NCBI GenBank assembly: GCA_965285935.1
Contig: OZ260661.1
Coordinates: forward strand, 128,774,001-128,838,000
Length of the DNA stretch: 64,000 nt
Direction of reading: 5' to 3'
From: Ophelia neglecta
Taxonomy: Eukaryota
Shown: positions 12,960 through 24,900 of the stretch, piece by piece
Numbering within the stretch: position 1 is the stretch's first letter
How the letters are laid out: each line of letters starts with the position of its first letter
Program-made: the position numbers and the translations under genes
Notes under the pieces: generated by a model
Databases searched by the model: none
Told to the model about the DNA's origin: nothing
The model's input: the letters and a program-made list of their open reading frames with translations, nothing else

Positions 12960-15900
12960 CACCACCACCACCACCACACGTTGATTTGTGAATTTCCCCG
13001 CTTTTCAGACGGTGGACATGCTATTACAACGGAATGCCCAAGGTCAGCTCGGGTTTCACGTTCACTACGAGGGCATCATCTCCGAAGTGGACCATCAGAG
13101 CTACGCCTACCGGGCCGGCTTGAGACAAGGCAGCCGATTGGTGGAGATCTGTAAGGTAGCGACGGCGACGCTGACCCACGAGCAGACCATCGACCTGTTA
13201 CGGACGTCGGTCCAAGTCAGTGTTGTTGTGATTCCCCCCCATGAGGATGGATCGCCAAGAAAGTAAGTCCTCTTGATGTGTTGTCTGCTAAACATGTCTT
13301 TTACTCAACTAAAATTGCTAAAATACAAAATATAATTTACTTCCGCTATTAGTCAAATCCCTCAATTTGCGGAGAAAAAGTGCCACAGCCTTTTACATGT
13401 TTTTTGTCTTCAAAACTTGCAACCTATAAGCAGCATTTTCCTTGTAGATATGCTAATTTCTTTCTGATTGGTCAATAATAGCATCCGCATGCTGCGGAAC
13501 TAGCCACCCACTTGCAAGGCAAAAGTTGTTTACTGCAAACTCCATGGCATATTTGTTGATTTTTGCACTTTTTTCGAAAAAAAAGTTGTGCAAATTGTAT
13601 GAATTGAGAGTGGAATTTATAATTAAAACCCATGATAAACATTCTGGCAATGTTTGAATATTAAACACATTAAATACAAACTCTGAAACCTGCCTTAAAG
13701 ACCACCTCTGTGTTAAGACCACCTGCTAATTCAGACCACTAATATGAAGACTATTGTATACAATCAATGTAAAATAGCCTGTCAAAACAGACCATCTCTA
13801 TAATCAGACCAGTATTGTCCTGTCCCTTGGGTGGTCTCTATTCACAGGTATTTACCACAATGCTGATACCATTGGTGCTTTACCACCCCAACAGCATTGG
13901 TGCCTGGCACCTAAAACCAGAAAAGAACTGTCCTGTTTACTTGAGCTGGGGATTGATATATGTTTGCCTGTGGCTGCTGGTTTGCCTGTGTCAGCCGGGT
14001 GTCCAATCTGATTTATTTTACTGTGACTGTGCCTCTGTATACTCTGGCCAAGTATAACTGTGGAATTGTACTGTTATAATCCAATCTGTGGTGCTTGTCA
14101 ATATAATTTTTTATAATAATAATCATCTTGACCATATATAATATGTAATTTATGTGACCTGCCAACAGAGGGGTGGAAGAGACACCGAGAAGTCACTCCT
14201 CTCCCCCCACCAACCTGGTACCCATCACCAACCAACTGCTGGCCCTAGAAGAGGAGAGAGTGGGCAGAGTGCCCCCGGTCATCTCTAGCAGGATAGAACC
14301 CCCGAAACACAACAGCAGGTAGGTTATCAGAGGGGGACGGGGAAGGGGTATAAGGTGGGGGATGGAGGGATAGGGAGGGGGATGAGGGAGAGCGGTATAG
14401 GGAGGGGGATGAGGGGGTGGGAGGGGGATAGGGAGGGGGGAGAGGGGGCATAGGGAGGGGGGAGAGAGTGGACAGAACGGCCCCAGTCATCTTCAGCAGG
14501 ATAGAACCCCCGAAACACAACAGCAGGTAGGTTATCAGAGGGGGAAGGCAGGGGGGGGGATAGGGGGGTAAAGGGAGGGGGAGAGGGTGGGAAGAACGGC
14601 CCCTGTCATCTTGAGCAGGATAGAACCCCCGAAACACAACAGCAGGTAGGTTATCAGAGGGGGATGGAGGGGTATAGGTTGGGGGACGGGGGGCATTTGA
14701 GTGGAGTGAGTTAGGAGAAAGGGGGGGGGGGGGTATCAAAGGATTTAAGGGAGGGACAGTCTAAGAGGGGAAAGACTCCTGCCCACTTTCTAGTAAGACT
14801 GCTGTCTGCAAAGTAACACCAACATATTCCAGATAAAAAACTTTGTTTGTTTTCTCAACCAATGTATGTAGTTAGTTTAAGTATTGGACCAAGACTAAAC
14901 ATTGTTGAAGGATAATTTTCAGAGAAGACACAAACATACATATATATCATTATATTGTGCTTTTCAGACTCTATGACCCAAGACTAATCTCCCCACCTCA
15001 GGCATCAACCTACAGTGACCTTCGTAACTTCAGCAGCCACCCTGCTAGCAACGTCCATAGCAACGGGCCCGACCATCGACATTACCCCGGCAACAACGCC
15101 CCGCCGCCACCGGTCAACCCCCATGGTAAGCAACTCTCAGTGGGCATGCATGAACGAACAGACGTGACCTCCGGCCAGGGGTCAAATCTAAGGCATGACG
15201 ACCTTCAGACTGAGAGTCAAGGTCAGGCGATTGGCGGTAGCTCCAAGGAGATAGAAGGTAGGTGTCGGGTGGAGGTCACTTCTAGCACGACACATGCAGA
15301 GGGCCGAAAGGTTGAGACACACAACTCTTATTTTATTATACCCCCTATATTTCTTTGCGTATTTCGCTTCATTCTTTGCATATTTCTCATTAAATTTTCC
15401 ATGTTAATTAAGTTTATAATTTGCATTTGGCATGCTTCTACATTGATAAAGAGTCTGCACACTTTCCCTTCTCTGCATGTAGTCTGACTGTAACCATGAC
15501 AACGTTGAGGTCCCTGTGTGATATCTCTCTTAAGTCATCTCTCTGATACTGATTTACTTCTCTAGCTACAACTGAACATTTCCTTCATGTCTCACACTCG
15601 ATTTCAGCTGTATAATCTGTAGTAGTATTGTAGCCTGTAGTAGTATTACTTTGTGTGTTATCTTGAATTAAATGACTAGTTCTTCGTTTAAACTGTTTCT
15701 TTCATTAAGTAATAATCAAGACTATAAGTTCTGATATCTGTTTTGTGACCGCCTTTTTTCACCTATTGCTTGTGTAGCTTGCTAGCCTTGTATCGAGAAA
15801 TGACAGATAGCCAGCCGTCTCTGATCTTGACCTCCCCCCACCTCCACGAACTCCCCCGACCTCCCTCGACCCGTACAGTCTGGAATCTCTCCCATAGGGC

Positions 15901-18900
15901 GTGCAAGTGTCGCCATTAAATCATAACTCATTGGAACACTCCACGGCCAGGGCCTTGCAGAGAGGATGTGCATTGGAAAGTCACTAACATGTCTCCTGAT
16001 GACTATTTACTGATTTCCAATGATATTTTTCATGTATATTTGCCCTTTCTGGTTACATTCTGAGGACATTATTATCTTTGTGGGCTGTTGGACTTCTTAC
16101 ACCCGGTTCCAGTAATGTTATTAACCTGTTCGATGATGGTATTCCCTCATCCAGTTAGGGTGGTCCCTCCATCAAGTGAAGGTATTTCCCCCCTCCATTT
16201 AGGATACCCAGTAAGGGTAGTTCCCCCCTCCAGTTAATATATTCCCCCTCAAGTAAGGGTAGTTCCTCCCCCTCGTGTGAGGGAATTCCCCCCTCCAGTT
16301 AGGGTAGTCCCTCCTCAAGTAAGGGTACTTACCCCCTCCATTTAGGGTAGCCTTCCCTCCAGTAAAGTTGCTCCCCCCCCCCTCCCCCTTCTCCAGTGAG
16401 GGTAGTCCCCCCACTCCAGTGAGTCTTGATTATTTTCAAATTCCAGTTTATGTTTTTCAGGTTCTGGCTGGTCTGGTAGAGTCACTATTTACCCGGCTTA
16501 CAAGGACCCATATCAGGTGTGTACTACTTACATATACTACTCCAATCAAACAATATCAATACCCTTACATGTTATTGGTTATAATTACAAATACTGTAAA
16601 AGATCTCATAAAAGAGGCATATCTAATTATAAATAGAGGATGCACCCTTAGTTTTAGGATAAATTTTATCTATGGCTTATCTTTGGATTTTTAAGATTTT
16701 CAACTCTAATAATTGAACTTGATTTATCCCAATACAAGACGCATCAAGTTAAGCATGCCGTATCATGGTTTTCTGATAGCACTGAAAGTGTGAAAAAATA
16801 ACTTAGTCTGTGGGTTATTTTAGTTTTGTCTGTAGAAAATCTAGTAGTAATGTATCAATGTCTGTAGAAAGACTAGTAGTATTTTACCAATGTGTGTAGG
16901 AAGGCTAGTAGTATTTTACCAATGTGTGTAGGAAGGCTAGTAGTATTTTACCAATGTGTGTAGGAAGGCTAGTAGTATTTTACCAATGTGTGTAGGAAGG
17001 CTAGTAGTATTTTACCAATGTGTGTAGGAAGGCTAGTAGTATTTTGCCAATGTGTGTAGGAAGGCTAGTAGTATTTTGCCAATGTGTGTAGGAAGGCTAG
17101 TAGTATTTTACCAATGTGTGTAGGAAGGCGAGTAGTATTTATCCAATGTGTGTAGGAAGGCTAGTAGTATTTTACCAATGTGTGTAGGAAGGCTAGTAGT
17201 ATTTTACCAATGTGTGTAGGAAGGCTAGTAGTATTTTGCCAATGTGTGTAGGAAGGCTAGTAGTATTTTACCAATGTGTGTAGGAAGGCTAGTAGTATTT
17301 TACCAATGTGTGTAGGAAGGCTAGTAGTATTTTACCAATGTGTGTAGGAAGGCTAGTAGTATTTTACCAATGTGTGTAGGAAGGCTAGTAGTATTTTACC
17401 AATGTGTGTAGGAAGGCGAGTAGTATTTATCCAATGTGTGTAGGAAGGCTAGTAGTATTTTACCAATGTGTGTAGGAAGGCTAGTAGTATTTTACCAATG
17501 TGTGTAGGAAGGCTAGTAGTATTTTGCCAATGTGTGTAGGAAGGCTAGTGGTAATGTATCAATGTGTGTAGGAAGGCTAGTGGTAATGTATCAATGTTAA
17601 TTCCGCCCTAGGAGTCACAGGGATCGCTTTCACCAAGGACCGATGTTGGCAACCCCTGGAGTGGCCATGGCAACATACAGGGTGACCAGGAGTATGATAA
17701 CCATGGTTACTACGCCAATGACATGCACGGCACCAAGTTCATCTCTCGCAGCAACGTACTACTGGGCCCAGGGAACACCAAAACCAACTCGCAAACCTCC
17801 GGCTCTTCTATCTCTCAAGGTACCTACTGCATCCCATGCTACTACCGTAATCTCTGTCATAAGTGCTCAGGCTGCTAAAATGCCTATTTGATATTTTTAT
17901 GTTTAAAACCACCATCAGCCTTGTGAAAGGGTCAAGGGGAATATTTTGACAGAAAAAAGGAGGGTGGTCACTTATTAAGGCAGTGGCCCTATTGCACCCT
18001 ATACTACTATACTACCTATCACTCTGTACCTATTACACTCCATACTACTATCCCTGTTACAGTCCATATCCATGTTACAGTGGCCATGTTCCAGCTGCTA
18101 GGATAATTATTTTCATGAACACATTTTTAGTCTTATTCATACTATAATTTTATAATGATAGATATTCATAATTTTAAAAGATATATGATTCACATATTAT
18201 TTGCACTGATAGAGCAGAGCTGATATGGAGTTGACTGATGTGTCTTGTGGTTTAGGTAATGTTTACGCTCGTGAGGGAGAGACGGAGAGGGACAGCGCCA
18301 CAGATCGTTCTCCGGGGTCGACGGGCTCCCGGAGCGGCGAGGAGTACCGGCCGAGTCATCACTACCCGTCCAGTATGACCAACCTGAGTCTGACCAGCGA
18401 GCTCACCTCCTCCTCCCACTCCAGTGGCTCGTACGGAGGTCAGGGGTCACGGTCACGGGGAGAAGAGCGGCTCAGAGCCGAGGACCTCCCCAGAGGTGGG
18501 TACACACTCTACTAGAAGCTCACAGCTAGCAGAAAGACATCCCATGTACAGTTCAATTACTGTAAAACCCTTAATATTTGCCGGCACGTTATTTCACCAA
18601 TTTCTGGAACAGGGTCTAAACTTCAAAATTAGAGGTCTGGTGAAAATTAAGACAGTCATAGGTGGTCTGGAATAATAAGTCCCCATTATATAGGATACAA
18701 ACTCTCTCTATGTTTTCACATTGATGGCCTACAATAAAAATTCTATTTAAATACATATGGCTAATCCACCATGTTTTATGTATCCTAGCAGCAAATTAGT
18801 TGACTTTACTTGCAGTAACAAACTTCAGCCAATGGTCATTTTTTGTGCTGGTCCCAAATTGGTATGGGTTTTGATTAACTGTTTTTTTATATTTTCAAAG

Positions 18901-21900
18901 AAACATGACTGAATTGTTATTATAGATGTTTCAATTCCAAGATTCGGAGTGTTCAGTTCTATTGTTGTTTTAATTATTAATAAAGAATTTATCCTTGTCA
19001 AAACTGTTTGGCTGAGAAATTATATTTTAAGAATCTAGTATTCATTAACATTAATTAGAGTTTCAAGAGAATTACTCCATTTTGATGTCAGCAAACAAGT
19101 GACCAAACTATCTTAATTACATTGGAATCCATTTCTTAATATAAATGTGGTTTGTTTTATAATTGTTTAAAGTGATTGCCTCAGATTATTATACCAGACT
19201 GATTCTGTTTTCAGAAGAGAGAATTTCTAGTCAGCGGCAGACCACCATTTCTCCGGCCGGCAAGCAGCGTCAGCAGATGTTTGCCACCCAGCGCAGATCC
19301 TACCTCGACGTCTCCCCCCACGGCAGTAATCATAGCAGTCCCAGGGGCAGCAGAAGGTAGGAAAACTGCTGCAAGGCTGATTTTAGTAGTCATAACTCTC
19401 ATATCAAACTTCGACGAGGACTTTCAATGAGGTGTCAGTATAATGTAACTGGGTGGGGTTCTCTGTCTGGTGTCTACGGCAGGTACTCCAGTGAGGCAGC
19501 ACTATAAAGAGGGCATTGAGCTCACTGTCACAAGTAGGCACCGTGGCGATATGACTGATAAGTGTTGAAGCCATATAAAAACCCCAAACAACATCCACAA
19601 AGACGTTTACATTAGTCATAGCACTCATTTCAAACTCCACAAGGCTTGTTACAGTAAACATAGCTTTCCCATGGGCAGCAGAAGGTAGGCAAACTGCCCA
19701 AGGCTGTTTACAGTAGTCATAGCACTCATAGCAAACCGACTCAAGGCTGTTTACAGTAGTCATAGCACTCATAGCAAACTGACACAAGGTTGTTTACAGT
19801 AGTCATAGCACTCATATCAAACTGCCACAAGGCCGTTTATACTAGTCAAAGCACTTGTAGCACACTGTTACAAGGCCTATTACATAAGTTATGGCTCTCG
19901 TAGCAAACTCTACAAGGCTGTTTACAGTAGCCATAGCACTACCTCTGACACATTGTCTTCAGGCCTTTATATTGTTTATAGCCACTCTGTCAGAAACTAG
20001 TGCTATATCTCACCAAATGGAGGTGGATGTTGGTCATTAAAACTGGTGGATATGACTTCTAGCATGTTCACAGCCCATTGGCCTTCAATGAGGGACTCCA
20101 GGGTATTACTGGAACTGGTATCTTGTGGGTGAAGGGACCCACTAGAGTTAATATCTTTATCTTATGTGGACAATGTTGTATACTACACACTAATTTGACA
20201 GCTCTGCCCCACTGTTTAAGTCACAGCAGTGTGTTGTTGGTAATATGGTGCTGACACCTGTTGGGCCATAGATTATTAAATACACATTCTTGCCCATTGA
20301 TAATTAAATTCACTGTGTCCATATGTTTATGAATCCTAAGTGAGGCTGCGTATGTCCATAAAGCATGATACATGTGTGATGTGGTGCTGACTAGTGCAAG
20401 TAGTATTACAAATGGCACTGGTTTCCTAGGAAACCAGTAGTTTGAAATAAGGGTTTATGCGCAAATCTATGCTTCATAAAATCTCACTGGAACTGTAGCA
20501 ATGGATATCTAGTAGTATATTGTATAAAATTCAGACTCTGAAACAATTCATGCTTGTTTCCCAATGATTAATTAATACCATTATTCCTCCATGGGGGAGG
20601 GTACATTTTACATGTTACAAGACAGAAAAAAATTGAATGAACGATAAGAGACAAGAAAAGAAACAGTGGGTGTTTAAGGTCAAAGGTCGATGGGCCTTGG
20701 GTTGAGAGTAGTTAAGATCACTTTCCATTGAGATGTGCTCTATTATCAGACCGTGCCATGCGTAGATGTAATCTGGCTGGTATGTCGTCTATGTTAGCAG
20801 TGTCTGGGCGTACAGGTCACAAAGACCTCCTACTACACCTAAAGTCATCGCTCTTCAGGCCAACGGCAGGATCCGGTTAAAAACTACTTCCTGTTTACCA
20901 GACGGCTAGATTAATTTGGAGCCTTGTTTTATTTTTACCTGTTGCGGTAAAACATGGTGAACAAGTTTTGTCAATTTCTAGAAATGACATTTGTCCATGC
21001 TGTGCACTGAAAGTTGGAAGTCAGAACACACCAGAGAGAACAGGTGTTGTTTCAAGTAGAAATTCCTTGTCTTGTTTGGTGTTTACTACCACCCTGAGAC
21101 ACTGGTAGTAGTATGAAATGTGCTGCTGTTTGGCTTGGTTACAGTAGATGGCAGCAGTAAACAGACACTTAATTTCTGGTATACATGTATTTAGATATTC
21201 TGATTTTTTTCTATCTACATTTTTTACCTTAGTTGATAATTCACGTTGGCGCTGTCTTTAATCTGTGATGAATGTCACAAGTCCTTGAGATATTTTCAAG
21301 GGGTCTCTAGGAAAAGAACTGAGGGGCCAAATATCCTTCATTCCCAAATTTATGAGATAATTCATCACACAATTATCAAACATATGCACTAACTCACACA
21401 ATGATGCCTAAATGTTGAGATTGTGTCCCCCTTGGAAATTATGAACAAGAGACCACCAGGAACATATCCTCAGGAATTCGCTATTTGTCTAAGGATGTAG
21501 CTCCTGCCAGACAGATCTGAATAGACAGGTGTAACTCCCGAGTGTAATCTGGCTAAATGTTGACAGGTCTATGGAAATCCTTCCCTTCGTAGCAGAGTAC
21601 ACAGCTCCGTTCTCTTTGCCTGTAGCACTCTGCCGAAATCCGTCAATAGGGAATTCCCTTAACTAATTTGCATACGAGGCAACCTCAAGTGACCTCGTAC
21701 TGACCTGGCATATATATTTCTGCCGCTGTCTCGCAAGCGCGCTGACCTTGGTATCGACCTATCAGATGTAGCGTTCCGCACAACTACGTCACAGCGCGTC
21801 ATTTTATTTAATAGAAAAGGGCTCTCCCCATGTATGACGTCAAACGGCCTCGTTTACGAATTCCGGGTTCTCGGAAATTTCCCTCGGTTTTTGGCAGAGG

Positions 21901-24900
21901 GTGATGCGAAGAAGCTATGCGGTAAGCATTAGCCTCTGCTTCGAAGGGTATGGAAATCCTAGCTCAACAATAACTGTTGATCTCTTGTCAGTTTTTTCTG
22001 ATAGGAGCCCAGTTCAATTTAAATTCTGAATTAAAGGTGACTCTGAATTGAGGGTTAAGGGTTTGATTTTTGGCCCCTAGAAGGCCAAAATTCTTTAAAT
22101 TAAGGGCAGTCAAGCTTTAAGGTGTTGATTATGGAGGTTGCTCAGAGTGAATGGTGCTCACAAGAAGGTGTTAAACAACCATCGCTTAACCAAATGGGCA
22201 GATCAAAGAATTCTGATTGCAATTTGATTTGTGAATTTAGTGGTAAAATATTAAAGCAATGATTGAACTTATAACTGCACCTCACATGTGGGCATGCCCT
22301 TTGTGATAAGTGTACTAATGACAAACTTGATGATTGACAAATAATTTTTTGGACGGAGAGGCAGTCTTGAAATTGCGGGCAAATATGCTCAGTCTGATGA
22401 GTGCTCTTAATCCATAGATCCCTACACTGTACAGTATACAAGCAATGACACTACAAATGAACACACAAATAATCTGTTATTTGTACATTAAACTCTGGGT
22501 TTGCTGTGGATCGTTGGGATAATGAGGTCTAGGGTGCTATAATCGTGTCAATCCCAAGACATAACAATTGAGGGCAAACAGTCTTCTGACAATTGTGTCA
22601 AGCAGTTTTGGTGTTAGGAGACAAAACCCGAAGACTTTGGTACTGAATTCCACCGGGGCTATGCACCTATGTGTCTTGTTTTAGCATACCATTAGCCCAC
22701 TGAATTTCTCCAGGCACTGTTTACAGCCTCTCAGCCAGGAAGATCATCATTATAGGAAGAATGAACTCTCCCGGCCTCACCAACCTGGCTTCCTGAACAA
22801 TGGGTGAGCACATTAGCTGATTACAGATATAAGTAAGAGATATATCAAAGTGCCATCAGGCTAATAGCCTGGAGTATTCCCTGAAATCAGTCTCACCTGT
22901 GACGTTGGACACCATGGAATGCACACACTACAGTTTACCAGCACAGTTCACTGGCCGTTTCTTGGTAATTCTTATGCGCTGGTTTCCCAACAGCAGCGTT
23001 GCCCAGCCGGCACTGTGCATACCATAACAGAGCAGGAGCTGCTTCTCAGTATTATATTTGCGCAAGTTTCTCTGCAAATGATGCACAGATTCTTATTTAA
23101 TCCCTGAGGCAATTTGCACTAAGTTCTCAGGGGACTAGTTATAAAAATGGTTAATAGCCATTTAGCTGTATAGTGTGTGGGAATGACACCTGATAGCTGA
23201 TTGTAGAATGTAATGGTTAATATGTACAAGCACTGCCACAGGTGTATATAAGTTAGTGTCAAACCTGGCTGACTCATGAGCACTGAATTGATGTGTAAAA
23301 GGTCAAAACCATGATATTAAAGGGGTTTTCAAAATTTCCAAACCAACTACTCCCCACTGCCGCTCCTCCAAACCGCCACTGCCCTCCAACAAACCCCTAC
23401 TGCCTTTCCTCCAAACTCCTACTGCCCTACTCCAAACCCCTACTGCCTTTTTTTCAAACCCCCACTGCCCTTCTCCCAACCCCACCTCTCCTGCAAACAC
23501 CAAGAGTCCTTCTTCAGACCCCCACTGCCCTTCTCCAAACCACTTCTGCCCTCCTCCAAACCCCTACTGCCCTCCACTGAATCCCTACTGCCCTCCTCCA
23601 AACCCCTACTGCCCTCCACCAAACCACTACTGTCTTCATCCAATCCCACAACAACCCTTCTCCAAACACCCCACTGCATTTATAAAAAAAAACCACTGCC
23701 CTTCCCATACCCCAACTGCCCTTCCCATACCCTAACTGCCCTTCCCATACTCCAACTGCCCTTCCCATACCCCAACTGCCCTTCCCCCATACCCCAACTG
23801 CCCTTCCCATACCCCAACTGCCCTTCCCATACCCCAACTGCCCTTCCCCCATACCCCAACTGCCCTTCCCATACCCCAACTGCCCTTCCCATACCCCAAC
23901 TGCCCTTCCCATACCCCAACTGCCCTTCCCCCATACCCCACTGCCCTCTTCCAGACTTGTTATGCCCTCCTTTCCTGGGTTGGGACTCTCTCTGTGTCAG
24001 CCTACCTTCCTACAGTGGTTGTGTTTGGCTTTTGATATTTGCAGATATCATGACCTTTCCTAATCTGTCCTCAGTGTGGGTAAAGCCAGGGAACCCCAGA
24101 ATCTTGTTACTGGTATGCTATTAGAACTGTGCTGATGTACATGCAAGTCTGGGGAGCCTCACACAGCTAATAAATGTCCTGTATTTTACTCATACCTAAG
24201 TTTTTCTTCCTATTTTCAGCCGACAGGTGCTTTTAGCTTCTCACACCTTGATATTGATAAAAATCTCCTGGGTGCAATAGGAGATGTGATTTTTAAATAC
24301 CTCCTGCCACTGTGGGCTGTAGTTGATAGTGTCTTATCAGGGGTGGAGATCATAAGAAGGGCGGCTCTCGGGTACAGGTCTATAATCTGCTCGAGTCGAC
24401 GGGAAATGTGGTATCATGGAGGTAGACATATCTGAAAGTCTGCTCATGGAGGATGCTCCCGTGGAAAAAACGGGGGAAAGATATTTGTTTGTACCAATGT
24501 ATGTGATAACTGAACCTGAGAGAGTGGGAAGTATTTAACACCGATGTTAGACAGATACTGGTCTGCTGGGGGTGAAGGCTTGGGCTGTGGTGGGGTGTGG
24601 AGGTGTTTGATACCTTAAACCTGGATGAAAAAGGGCCAATAATTGATTTGAGTGTTCTATTCTAATAGAGCTACGTTCTTGAGATAGTCTCAAGGGATCA
24701 GGAGCAGTTTGTGTTTTTTCCCCTTTACTGGATTATTATTTGAGATAAAACGGACTATTATACAACATTTATCTTAAAAAACAGTGCTTCTTGCCTTAAA
24801 TATGACCGAATTGTGAACAGTTATGCCTGGACTTAAAACATTTGAGTTGATTCCTATATATAACACTTTGTAGAGTATACTTTCGCTGGCAATCTGAGTT

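Noticed and set aside
20801-20875. 75-nt phase 2-2 open segment as a possible cassette exon
   Set aside because: Donor ccg|gttaaa and the acceptor tract are too weak to support it without reads.
22390-22430. CTGATGA hammerhead core candidates (here and at several other sites)
   Set aside because: No flanking stems with a correctly placed GAAA.
24200-24232. Strong acceptor followed by ccgacag|gtgctt
   Set aside because: A 7-nt frameshifting exon with a poor donor; longer readings hit a stop.
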